Positions 1 to 13,500 of a stretch of DNA of 64,000 nt are shown piece by piece. This stretch comes from Lingula anatina (lineage: Eukaryota > Animalia > Brachiopoda). Below the pieces are notes generated by a model. That model had not been told where the DNA came from. It made no database searches and saw only the letters and a program-made list of their open reading frames with translations. Location: assembly GCA_051362555.1 (NCBI GenBank), contig CM120647.1, forward strand, positions 1,922,001-1,986,000, given 5' to 3'. How positions within the stretch are numbered: the stretch's first letter is position 1; every line of letters starts with the position of its first letter. The position numbers and the translations under genes were made by a program.

Positions 1-160
1 ATGGTTGCATGTCTTGTAACTTCTCTAGTTTGGATAATATTTATAGACTTTTTCAAAATACATTGACTTTTCATTGTTTGTAAATGTTTTTAGAGAGTTG
101 GCAACTATATCTACCCAAATATTAATATCGTCTAACGCCTGCAATCTGGCGTATCCTTAC

Positions 161-3100
161 CTATCTACAACACAAGGCAACATTTCCTCCCCCAGGATAA
201 GGCTGATATTGTCCAGGTTGCCAGCATTCAGGTCTTTCCCCCTCACAGTCAGCCTGGTGCCGCCAGACATGGGGCCTTTCACTGGGAACACTGTCTCCAG
301 CTTGGGGTCCTGAAAGGGGCAATTAAAGAGATAACAGCTTTTATTTTGGTATGAAATGTGTCATAAAACGGATTTCCCCGGAGGGTAAACGACGATGCCC
401 CCATACTCAGCAATGAACCCGCTCCAACATTCAAAGTAAGTAAATTGTTTCAAGTGTTTATATTTTATAATCCATTAAGAGCTTATTACGGAGAGTAGTC
501 ATCTATGAAGGTCTACGTGACATATGGCAGGGAAAGATTTCAGAATTATTGCAATAACCGCCGCTTTGGTGGTTAAATGGAACTTATTAAATTTCAGTGT
601 GTTGTCCACAATGTATTATGTGGAGTTTTAAATCTGATATAACGAGTTGTTATCCATTTCAAAACACATATTATCTTCTCACACCATAATCAATTATGAA
701 TGGGCAAAGTCTCATCAAAATGTTCCCATTTAATATTATGTGCTAAATCTAATATTCTGCCACACCACTTGGCATTTCACATTCCCATTGGTTTGGATAT
801 ATAGATGTAAATCAGGACACTAACTCACCACATATCTGAACTGTTTGGAGTAGTTGTACACCCTGCCTAAACCCTGGATCTGGACCTCTATGGAACCATT
901 TCTGGGAAACCTGCCTGGTGCTTCAGCTGCCGTGCACACAATTCTAGGAACAGACATGATTTTAGGTACTAACAAAATGAAAGAAATAGCTCCTTGTTCT
1001 TACGACCTTGTGGGATCTGCTGGACGCATAAGAAAAATGCCTAAAAAAGGACTTCCAATTTAAATCGAAACAATCACATCTTATTACTAAAATCTTATAA
1101 TTCTAACTGTTACAGTGGCCATTTTAGCTCCATTCAAAAAATTTTCCTAGAAACCAATAATAAATGTCCATAAAATGAGCAGATCGTGGACAATAATGGC
1201 CACGGGTATCTTACAGGTTTAGACACAGGTTTAGTCAGTGTCAACATAAGTTCCCAATGTTGATTACCTCTTTGAGATCACATAATCTTCTACAACAGGT
1301 GTACAGGCCACCCCAGCCAGTCTAACAGTGGGTATACTGGCATCAGAGGTGCCTAAATTTGTGCCATTGATGGTGACCTTGGTGTGACCTTCAACTGGGG
1401 CACTCAAGGGTGACACCTGATAGATAATGGTTGAATTGTTAAAAGTTGTCATTCTCTAGTATACATATATCTTTTAATTTTTTTCCATTCCCCTATTATC
1501 TTTCATATGTATAATAATAGTTTGTTTTTTAGAAATCAATGCGTTTGTCTAAAAATGTGGCTTACCATAATGATAAGCAAATTCACATGACTCTTAACAT
1601 TACATTTACAATACCTTACAGCACTCACCCAGTTAATGATGACATCAGGACAAGTGCTCTCAACTGGCACACTGCATGTTGGGCGATACTTGCACGTCCC
1701 TCCACAGAAAGCACAACCAAACTTTGTATCCACACCACCAATACACGTGCCACATGTGGTGCCCATGACGTCACACTTGTACAGGATGGCTGAAAATATT
1801 GAAAATATTTCAGTGTTGTGTTTTACCAAATAATCGATACATGTTCAACATGAATACATGTATGCGTATCCATAATGTGTGTAAGTGTTACAAATAGTAG
1901 TTCATATGCATGCATTTTAGGAGAACTCTTATTATTGAGGAGATTTTGGGCGTTATTCTGTTTTTTACCAAAATGGAATAATAATAATAATTTTTTTATT
2001 AGACGATCGGTTGAATGAAACAATGACTATATTTTGTGCGCTTATGAAGAGGGCATTTTATCCCATTGTAAAAATGAGACCATTCCTTTTGTAACTCGTG
2101 CGTAAAAATATGCACCTTACAGGAAAAAAAAGACGGGAACGTACACATATACATGTAAAAATAGCAATACACTTACCGCTCACTTGAGAGCCGATGGGTT
2201 GGTCTATCACATGGTTATTATTCCAGATTACTTGGATTTCATGCCTCTCCTGGCCTGTGATGTCTGTGTACACATACTGAGATATGAGAAGAACAAGCAG
2301 CCAATTATAATGGTATTAATATAGATCTAAATATATAAGGCATTCCTGAAGTTGCTAAAATTCTACATAGAATGCATAAGTTGGGGTTTGGATACGGTCA
2401 CTTGCCTTACAAAATCAGTATTTTGAGGGCACAAATATTCGATCTGTTATTCTATCAGCTACTGTAAAATAGCGTGACATTTAAAAGATTATATATCATA
2501 TATACAGTAAGTGTATATGCCTTGCATCATATCTACTCACAGCGTGGCTCTGGCAGTCTATGGCACTATCATTCTGTCTGATAGCTGGGACTGTGTTAGT
2601 GCCTATCTTACACTGATAATCACCTTGGCCAGCCTGGAATATCATTGAGGTTAGGTTGAGAATAACCAAAATGATTGCAGAGTACAGCAAAATGTGAGGC
2701 TTCATTCATATTTTCCTAATCAAATTTTGAGTTCGAAGGTCTCATTTATGTCAGCCTTGTCATAGACACTGACTTGGAACTGAACTCTTGCTTTATGGTA
2801 AGAATGAAAAATCACAGTTTACCTTCCCATGAATCTAAGGTACAGTATGTATATCGCGAAAATGAATTAAAACCTAAGTTCTGTCTTAAATGCAAGCTCC
2901 GTCTTAACATCTGAAGAGCGCAGTCCCACATCTCGCAGAGTCTCGTGTCATTGTCGTGGTTTCCCACTCGCACATGAGGATCGTGGATTTCAACCGCCGT
3001 CATTATTTGTTCTTTTTATGAGTAAGTTTCTTTCTTTTACTAAATTTATTAACATTCCTTACTTTAAACTGTTTTTGTAGATATAGATAGATTCTGTTGA

Positions 3101-6100
3101 CGTAGTAGTTATTTGTCTGAAGATTGGAATTAGGAATTTTTCTGTTACACGTGTGTCTGCATGGCATTTCATGGAGGCCGCCATGTTAAATTTGTAAGAG
3201 ACAGCTGCGTGTTCCTTTTGGTGTGTATTCAGTTAGTTTTTCGGTGGTTTTTATGAGCGAATTGTTAACTGATTTTTCTACTTGCGTAAATGATTTTCTG
3301 GTAGGCAGTAGATTCTTCTAGTTTGTTATCTTCTGGTAATTTTATGTACGGATTTAAATATTACATAAACGACTCTTAAGTTGGGTCGGTACCTCAATGA
3401 AGAGTGGCCGATTTATACGTTGTTTCGTATCATTTTGCCCAGATTTAGAGTCGGGATGATCTATTATGGACATCTAAGTTGTAATATTTGACTGGAGGGT
3501 ATCTCATTTTGTGTGGCCCTTATTTTTGAGGTCAGGATGATCTTGTTGGACATCCAATTTTAGTAGACTCAATTGAGCTACATTGATTGTTCATGATACT
3601 ATAGTCACTTTTTAACCTTTATAGGTTTACCTGCAGACAGATTCATTATGAATAGTGGTGATGAAGATGTTGTTCTGACAGAACATTTTGATGGTCCCTC
3701 CACTTCTAAGCAATCTGAGTCATCCAAGCTGGATTTGATTCTAAGTAATCTTAAAGATATGCAGCAGCGCATTTCTACTTTGGAGACCAAGGAGGTGCTT
3801 GTGACCCTGTTGGGGAATCCTCCGAAATTGATGATTTAGAAGTGCTGCTGGGTGAGGATGACACTCAGTCTCAGGAAGACTCTGATGTTGATAGTTTCAT
3901 TGCTGAGTTGTACGTGGATGACATCAGAGGTCCCGCTTTGTCTGATGGCGTGGCTCACTTTGCTAATAAATTATCTAAGAATAAGCTATCTGTGGATCTT
4001 ATGAAGAAGAAAATGAATCTACATGCCACTGCAGCTAATGTTGATATTGGGGTGCCTAAAGTTGAATTAGAACTATGGCGTAACATTTCAACTGGTGTTA
4101 AGAAGCGTAACATACTTCTACAAGGCTGTCAGTCAGTTCTTCTAGTTTCCATTAACTGTCAACTTTCTGCATTAGATAATTTGCCCAAGTCTGAGAAAGT
4201 TGCTAGAAATGTTTTTGTTAGATGGAATAGCCTTGGGCATGGAGGCTAATAAAAGGATCCTTGCAAGAAGAAGAGTTGACATCAAGAAACAGTTTTCTGG
4301 GGAGATTTCTCAAAATCTTACAATTCATGAAGAAGAAGACCCAAACTTCCTTTTTGGAGGAGATATATCCAAGAAAGTAAAGAATGTTGAAGAATTAAGG
4401 AAGCTCAAATTTTCCCTTAAAGGGAAAGCCCGTTTTCATCCTTTTCAACGCTCAGATGTCATTAAGAACAAATCCAAGTCTTTCCCAAAGCAGGGAAAAA
4501 AGTTGTCAGAGAGAAAAGTAAGATATTAAAACAATTACCTTTTATTGCAGGAAATACTAAGAACAAGGTTTCTGCCATAAAAACATTTGGTTTAACTAAT
4601 TTCAAAATGGTCTCCAAACTATCCATCTTAAAATGCTTGTAATAAACAATGGAGTTACATTTTTTTTAAATTAAATATAAGTCTATAACTTCCATCAGAT
4701 TTAGGTACCACAAATATAGGAGATATGCATTTATTTGCTTCATGGCTACAAACTGAAATAACACCTTAATTAAGCAACTTTCCAACTTCAACATCAATAG
4801 CTTTATTTTTCTCTTCACTAAATCTATGAGGGTCATCAATACTATAAAATACTGGATCATCATTAAAATCCATATGACAATGTTCTATAGCATCCAGAAC
4901 AAAAGGATCCGAAGTGATTTTACGCCATTTGTAGATTTACAACATGCATATTATAGTCTTTCAATGGCTATGGAACAGCAACGGTATCTCAAGTTTATTT
5001 GGAGAGATGTTGTTTATAAATTTAATTTTTTATCTATGGGTATAAGTAGCTCACCTAGAATTTTTACCAAAGTTTTTAGGCCAGTGTTAGGAATGCTAAG
5101 ACAAATGGGTCATGTTAACAGTGGCTATTTAGATGATATTTTTTTTGCAAGGTGATTCCTTTTTTGAGTGTCAAAACATTGTCATAGATACTTTTTTCCT
5201 TCTTGATAAACTAGGCTTTTTTGTTAATTTAGAGTTTTAGATTTTGTGGTGAATTCGGTCTTTATGACTGTTAGATTAACAGATAAGGAAAGGTTCAAAC
5301 TGAAAGCCTTATGTTTAACTTTCTTCGGTACACAAAGGGTTAGAATAAGAGAGTTAGCTAGAGTTATTGGAAAGCTGATCTTTAGTTTTCCAGGGATAGA
5401 ATTTGGTAGGTGACATTACAGGAAATTGGAAAATGACAAAGTTAAAGCTTTGGCTTTAAACAAGGGTAATTTTGATGCTGTTTGCATAATTTCCCAGGAT
5501 TCAAAATTAGAGTTAAGGTGGTGGATTGATAATATTGATCACAGTCATAGATTTATTTGTCATGGTTTGCCTTTATGATTTTTCAGACAGATGCTGGTGA
5601 TTCTGGTTGGGGTATTTGCTGTTCTACTCACCAGAAATTTAGATCACAAGGTCTGTGGTCTATTGATCAGAAGAAATCTCATATTAATGTAAGGGAACTT
5701 TATGTTGTATACATATGTTTAAATACTTTTTGTCAAAATTTGACAGATGTACACATTAATTTTCAGATGGATAATTTTACTGCAGTTACTTATTTGAATA
5801 ATATGGGTGGAATGAAATTGGTGAGCTGCGATTCTTTGGCTAGGAATATCTGGAATTGGTGTATTTCACGCAATATTTGGTTAAGTGTCATTTTTCTGCC
5901 TGGCAGTGAAAATGTTTTTGCTGATTCGCTCTCTAGAGAGATCCACACTGATCATGAATGGAAACTAAAAGTATTGACTTGTTTGCTACAAGTTAAATAC
6001 ACAATTACCCAGGTATGTTTCCTGGAAACCTGATCCACAGGCTTCTCATGTTGATGTATTTAGTTTTTTGTTGGAAGAATGAATTCTGGTATGCTTTACC

Positions 6101-9100
6101 ACTTTTTAGTCTGATTCACAAGTGCTTGGACAAGATTGTCAGGGACCAGTCACAAGGGATTCTCATTGTTCCAGCTTGGACAACACAAACTTGGTATCCA
6201 CGTGTAATGCAGGTGTTATTTCAGACACCAAAACTGTTAGTACACAAACTTGGTGTGAATCTGTTGACTCATCCAGCTATAGAGGGAGATCACCCTCTGG
6301 AACACAAACTGGCTCTAATTGCTTGCCCTGTGTCAGGGAATTCTATAAAAGCCAGGGATTTTCAGAGGACTTTATTGACATCCTCATTGACTCATGGAGA
6401 CCTGCTACACAAAAACAATATACAGTATATCTCAAAAAATGGTTTAACTTCTGTTGTGAGAGGGAAATATCTCCATATTCCCCTTCTTTAGAGCAGGTGT
6501 TACAATTTCTGCATAGCATTTCTCATATGTCTTATTCAGCTATTAATACAGCTAGATCAGCTTTGTCATGTGTGGTTTTTATTGATAAGTTATCGGTTGG
6601 TAAATATCCTTTGGTTTGTAGATTTTTGAAAGGGTGTTTCTTGAGAAAACCACCAAATCCAGGTTATCATGGGATCTGGGATATTAGACAGGTTCTTGAT
6701 TTTTTGAAGACTTTCACTCCTAATGCCTTACTATCTCTAAAAGAGATTAGTATGAAATTAGCTATGTTATTGGCATTGGTCTCTATTCAGAGAAAACAAA
6801 CTTTGTTGTTTTTAGATGTTGATAATCAATTTATGAAGAAAAATAAGAATGAATTTTGTTTCGTTCTGGGCAAGCATGTTAAACAAAGTAGACCAAATTA
6901 TGCAGTGCCGCCTGTAATTATACCCAGGTATACATTAGATCCAGACATTTGTCCTTATGTTTGTTTAGAAGATTATATAGAGAAAACCAAAGATTTAAGA
7001 CAAAATACCAGATTATTTATTTCAACTTTAAAACCCTATGGCTCTATTACTTCACAGACTTTGTCTCGTTGGTTGAAGACTGTTTTGCAACTTAGTGGTA
7101 TTGATATTAATATGTTTAAACCTCATTCAACTAGACATGCAGCAGCTACAGCTGGATTTTGCTGTGCTTTAAGTTTAGATGATATTATGAAAAGAGCCGG
7201 GTGGAGCAGGGCTGACACTTTTAGAAGGTTTTATTTCAAACATGTTCTGCCAGTCAATGAATAAAGAAACTGTTGTCTCATTATTATTGTTTATTATTTA
7301 TTTTGGTTCCTTTTGCACATTCAGTCGTATTAACATGTAAGATTACAACATAACTTATCATGAAGTTATAACTTACATGGCTGATTGTTTTTTCTTTCAC
7401 TTTGTGACACATATGCTTTAAAATCTTCAGATGTTAAGACGGAGCTTGCATTTAAGACAGAATTTTTAAGTTAAACGAGACTTACTTGTAAGTTGAAGTT
7501 GGACTGGAATTCTGTCTTAAAGGCAAGCAAGCGAAGTCTTAACATCCCACCCTTCCCACCTCTCATGGGATTTATCTTGTGGTATATGTGTCACTAAGTT
7601 TCTTTGAAATATGACACGAGACTCTGCGAGATGTGGGACTGCGCTCTTCAGATGTTAAGACTTCGCTTGCTTGCCTTTAAGACAGAATTCCAGTCCAACT
7701 TCAACTTACAAGTAAGTCTCGTTTAACTTAAAAGTACTGTAGGAAGAGTGTATGTACAACTACAAGTACAGACTGCTAACAACAACGGGTTTTATAACAA
7801 CATTTACGTGAATCTTTACCTGTGGCACAGGTAGGTTCTTCCCACTCAGTGAGATCACCTTGGTGACCCCAGCAGGTAACAGGACGTCCTGTGCACGTGG
7901 CAGGAGCTGGGGACACAGGGTGGGACCTTTAATACCCACATTGACATGACTCTGGAATGACGGAAACAAGACGGTGCGATTCCTAGTTAATAAAATATGT
8001 TTCTGTTCTTGAACACCGAAATAAAAAATTGTGCACAACTAAAAGGATATTCATTTTTCATTTCAATGGTGTTTCGCATGTCACAAGCATCAGAAACTTA
8101 ATTTTATTGTCTTTATCTGTTGACATATTTAAGAGAACCGGTACGAAACACATTTACTTGAAAAAACATATGTCTGTATGAGTGACCGATATTATCTGGC
8201 TTAATGTAAATTTTCACGACATAAGGTATACACGGAGTAATTAACAAGGAATTGAACGTACATTCTGTCCAGGTATCAACATTCCGCTAGGATTACAGGT
8301 ACTGCTGACGTGGGTGCACGTGTTAGCATATATACACCAGTCACAGGCCCAACTACTGCTGGTACAGGACACACACCTACAGTAATAATACATACATACA
8401 CGTGTTAGCATATATACACCAGTCACAGACCCAACTACTGCTGGTACAAGAGACACATCTAACAAAAAGAACATTAGGATTAGCCACATATCCTCATCGT
8501 ATGTGTGTATATGTAAAATGTTTTATTGTGCTAGTGTTTATTATGCCCCTATCCCACATCGACTAAAAATTCCACGAACCGCCAAGAATTGATAAATCCC
8601 AGGGTTCTTGGTTAAATCGGGAAAGAATTTTTAAGCTCTTAACTTCTTCTTATTTAATGTCAGTAAGCTCTTGCATTTGAGAGACCGTGAAATCATTAAA
8701 GTTTCAAACCAGTCTCCTGTTTATCTCAAGTTGTTTTCATATTATTCCTATTCTAGGGCCAGTATTACAGCTGCCCTGTGTTGAACATCCATTTTGGAAG
8801 TACAGCCCAAGCAGGGATGATAATATTTCTACTAAAAAAGGACAGTTAGATTTCTACTTAAAATTGGCAAAATCCCACGATTCCTGTTGATTTCTAAAAT
8901 CCATGGAATGCGTAGTTGGTGTGGAATAGGGACATTTCAGGACACACAAACACACACACACACACACACACACACATTTAAATACTAAGGTGCCACGTTT
9001 ATTATCCGTCTGTTTGCATATGTACAATTTATTTTACTTATATTGTTAGTTATATAGTTGTATTAGTGCGGATGTTTTTCATATAAATATCTATATAAAT

Positions 9101-10502
9101 TAAATTGTATCCTTAAAGAATAATCTTGATTAGATAAAGATGAAGATATATCTCATATATTGGAAATAATAAGTTAATGTGGCACCCCTATTCACATTTC
9201 GAATTGCTTCGATTACACAATGCAGCCAGTAACGTCTAAGCAATGAATTTGCATTTTTTTAAAATTGTTTCGTGAACTTAGGGACTTCGTAGTCATTCCA
9301 ATAAGATAGCCTCAGTCACAACTGGACGCACGGATTTTAGGACCTTACGTACTCTACGAATTTTGGGTGTAGTGGAGGTCGTGGGGTTCGTAGAGGTAGA
9401 GGAAAGTCTGCCTTGCGAGTCGCAAGGGCTACATGAGTTGTCCTTTCAAGCAATGACGCTAATTGCAAGGAGCGATGGCCGTGAAAGCTGGTGGGTGTGT
9501 TACATGTCACCAAGTTTCCCCCAATGACTGTGGTACTGACAGCTGTGGTATCAAATACACACTGGTAGGTCTGGTCGGGGGGTAGCAGGCTTACTGAGAG
9601 GTTCACCTACAAACACGAATGAAACAGTGATTCTTTGCTTAGATGGTTACTTATACTATGTCTTGCTTTCTGCGTGCGTGGCATACACTCACCACTTACG
9701 AAGGGAATGTAACGCACAGCGAAAATAGTGCCCTTTTACGTCAGTTTTGCTTCACACTTGCCTCACAAGTTTGTGATGACGTACTGACGGCGTACGTCAG
9801 TTTTGCTTCCTGTTCTCCCCTTCTTTCTTCTTCCTCCTCCATTTTTTCTGCTATCTAAGCTTCTTTCTCTTTCCTTTTGGAGGAATATTAGAAACTACAT
9901 TGGACAAAAATTTGAAAATTCTGAAAATTGTTGTATACGTTACACAGTCGACGTTAATTGTACAGACACCAGGCGTGAGGGTGACGCACGTGCGACGTAT
10001 TCCTGGTGTGTTCTCGACTTTGTTCGTTAGTTGTGAGGGCGTGCGTCTTACTCGACACGCAAAGGGCACTTGCTCCTTCACTGCTTGCGACGGGTGTTTT
10101 GCACAACGCACGTCTCACTTTCTTACTACGTGCGAGGGAAGCAAGTCACGCTTGCGGCCTCGCTGTTCGCAGGCTATTCGTAGAATCTTTTGGACATGTC
10201 CAACATCCTCCGTACGTGCATACGGGCTGTCTGCGAACTCGAAATTTCGTAAGAAGGACGTGCGTGGGACGTGAGATTCTGCGTAAAATTTGGACGCAAA
10301 CAGCCCGTAAGAGCCCGTGCGGCCGGTTGCGACCGAGGCTATAGAGAGATAATGTATAAGAATACAATACCCTGAGTGTGCGCCGCAGTCAAAATATGTG
10401 AAGTTGGTCGTTAGAAACTTGACTCCTGTCGTTACTGATTTGATAGATAATGGTATTGTAACGTGATCTGAAGCGATAGTTATAATTCCTTTAGCATGCG
10501 AT

Positions 10503-10571
<69 letters not shown>

Positions 10572-13500
10572 TTAAAGAACAAACATGAGCCATTGTTGTG
10601 GTAATGGGCAAATCCTTGTATCTAAATAATTGAATTTCTATTAGAGCTATTGTTTTTAATTGCAATTATAATTATTATTTTTAAACCTGTAGGGCGGTAC
10701 AATAACATTAAAATTATCCTAAGAAAGCCACAAGGGACATTAAATATCCTTTTCTAAAATAAACGTTCAAAAGCTGAATGAAAATTAAAATGTAAAAGGT
10801 GTAAGGAAATGAGCGTGTTGTTGGATATACACTTAATGTTATGCACAGGTATATATCGGTGAGTATTGCCAAAAGTCGGAGTATGTATTTATGGATAAGA
10901 GTGAGGTAGACCTTTTTTTTAGATGGTCATCCTGTACAAGAAAGACAACACCCCTTACCGTCCCCAGTTGGTATAGAAGGTAAGCTGGTAGGTGTGTCAC
11001 ATGTCACCAAGTTCCCCCCAGTAACTGTGGTACTGACAGCTGTGGTATCAAATACACACTGGTAGGTCTGGCCTGGGGGTAGCAGGCTTACTGAGAGGTT
11101 CACCTACAAACACGAATGAAATAGTGATTCTAAGATGATTATCTGTTATAACGTACAGATACCTGTATCGAACTGTCGATCGCAGTCAATCGCTCGTTTC
11201 TTAAACACTAATTTGATACTCATACCATAGCCCATAAAGTCTGACTGAAAATACGTTTAGAAAGGAGCATTCATGCTATTCCATTTTTGCGGGTGTTATG
11301 GATTCCAAAGGTCCCAGAGTAATTACTTTTGGGTCCATTAACGTCATATTCCTTGCCAATACACCATGATTTGAACATTCAGACTGGATTTTTTCCTATG
11401 CATGTGGTTAGTTAGCTGGCCAATAGAAACATTCAAATTGACACCTCTCTTGTGGCCTTCAATATTCTTAATTAATGCTTCTTTTAGCAAAATCTATAAA
11501 CAGAATTTACACTCGCAAAAATGGAAATGGTTTGAGACAATATCGAGGGACACCTTATAGACTACTGGTAATTCATTCATCGTTAGCGTTATGCATTTCA
11601 TTGTATAACGGTGTATAACGGTTACAGCACCGCAGTGAGTTTGCATTATTTACCTCACTGCGTATGCACAAAGATATATGACAATGCAGTGAAGTCCATT
11701 AATACAAGCTGTTCTCTTATGGACTTTATACGAGCAATGGACGGAGTCCATCAAAAGTTGGCAAGAAAATTATTGGTAACATTGAAATGAAACAAAAGTT
11801 GGTTATGGAATGATGCCACGTGTATATCAATTCTTTGTACCTGTGTAGGTCTGGCTAGAGGTGTGTTTGATGGTGAAATGGTATTGATCTTAATACACTG
11901 TCCATTATCAAAGGGAAGCCATCTTCGTGAGCCATCTGCATCCGAGCATTGACTTTTCCTGCTGCATCTGAAAAAGAAACACATGAAGCGAAGGGTTCTT
12001 GCATTTAAAGACGGTGTTTAATTCCACCTAATGTAACAAAGCATCATGCTTTGATAAGAAAAATGGATACAGGGAAGAGGGGTTTTTGTGGCAGTTATGC
12101 ACGAGGTACCGGTAGTATATCAGTCACACATTCAACGTTATAGCTATATATCGGTCTACGTCGGCTCATGCAAGATACAAGCCACGTATGCCTAATAAAA
12201 TGAGAATATTGTACTTTTATTTCTTTACAACATTTCACCAAACATACTTAAAATATAAATTTAGATCTGAAAAAAAAAACTCACCAAGTAGTCCTAACAC
12301 CTAGACAACAAATTTGAATATAAACACGTTGCATCCTAAATTGTTTCGCGAACTACAAAAACAGCCTGTTTAACCATCAGCTATGCAAAGCAAATTGTTC
12401 AAATGCTAACACACAATTTTCTATTCTTAGACTGCGTTCTCATTACCTTATAGCACCGGTAGTGGTAACTATGTGACACTCTGACGATGCTTTTGTCGAG
12501 CACCTGCGCATTTACATGTACCGGTGTACCATGAAAATCTGACTCCCCTAAAATGTGACTCCCCAGTCAGATTTTCATTATGAAAATCTGACTCACCCCA
12601 TGAAATTTTGACTCCCCCAAAAAAAAAACATTCATTAATCTCATTTCATTTGAGTAAATGACTATGATTTTGTAGTATGCATAATGGATGATACATTGGC
12701 ACTTTTTTGTAGTTTGCAGGTGAAAATTTTCATTAAAAAAAAGACAAATTAAAAATGTGCACATAATGAAAATGTGGTTCCCCTATGAAAATTTGACTCC
12801 CCTACAAAAAAACATTCATTAATCTCTAATTAGTTTAGTATATGACTGTGATCTTGTAGTATGTAAAATGGTTGATACATTGGCACATTTTTTTTGTAGT
12901 TTGCAGTGAGAATTTTAATAAACAAATAAGAAAATTAAAAATGAGCACATAATGAAAATCTGACTTCCCCAAGAAAATTTGACTCCCCCTCCACAAAACT
13001 TCATAAAACTTATTTTATTTTGAGTATATGGCTGTGATCTTGTATTATGTAAAATGGTTGATACATTGGTACATTTTTTGTAGTTTGCAGTGAAAATTTT
13101 AATGAAAAAATGAGAAAATTAAAAATGTGCACATAATGAAAATCTGACTCCCCCATGAAAATTTGACTCCCCCTCCACAAAACTTCATAAATCTTATTTT
13201 ATTTTGAGTATATAACTGTGATCTTGTAGCATGTAAAATGGTTGATACATTGGCACATTTTTTGTAGTTTGCAGTGAAATTTTTAATGAAAAAATGAGAA
13301 AATTAAAAATGTGCACATAATGAAATTGTAGTGTTTTGACATGGGAGTGCAAAACCTACAAGAATAAAGATGGATACTTGTTTTAAAAATATTGACCAAA
13401 ATTTTCATCATCAAACTTTCAAATAATGACAAAATATCCATCTCTATGCAAACTATGTGGAAAACAGTGGTATGGTGACTGAATATAAAATAGGTCCTTT

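Larger units (their letters stand above)
2879..7733 (+). mobile_element. DIRS1-like tyrosine-recombinase retrotransposon (degenerate), antisense in a plexin intron
   Basis: Left ITR 2879-2951 inverted to right ITR 7611-7687 plus right extension to 7733; internal complementary region 7424-7546 complementary to both termini; gag, RT, RNase H, methylase-like and YR remnants; empty site in paralogs at about 26965, 41138, 55392. Confidence 0.95.

Noticed and set aside
6122-7264. Prophage or bacterial integrase / horizontal transfer
   Set aside because: Lies within a DIRS retrotransposon with RT, RNase H, ITRs and ICR
9643-10367. Cluster of overlapping 70-125 aa ORFs (repeated at 41667-42398)
   Set aside because: GC-rich TE interior with few stops; no recognisable domain
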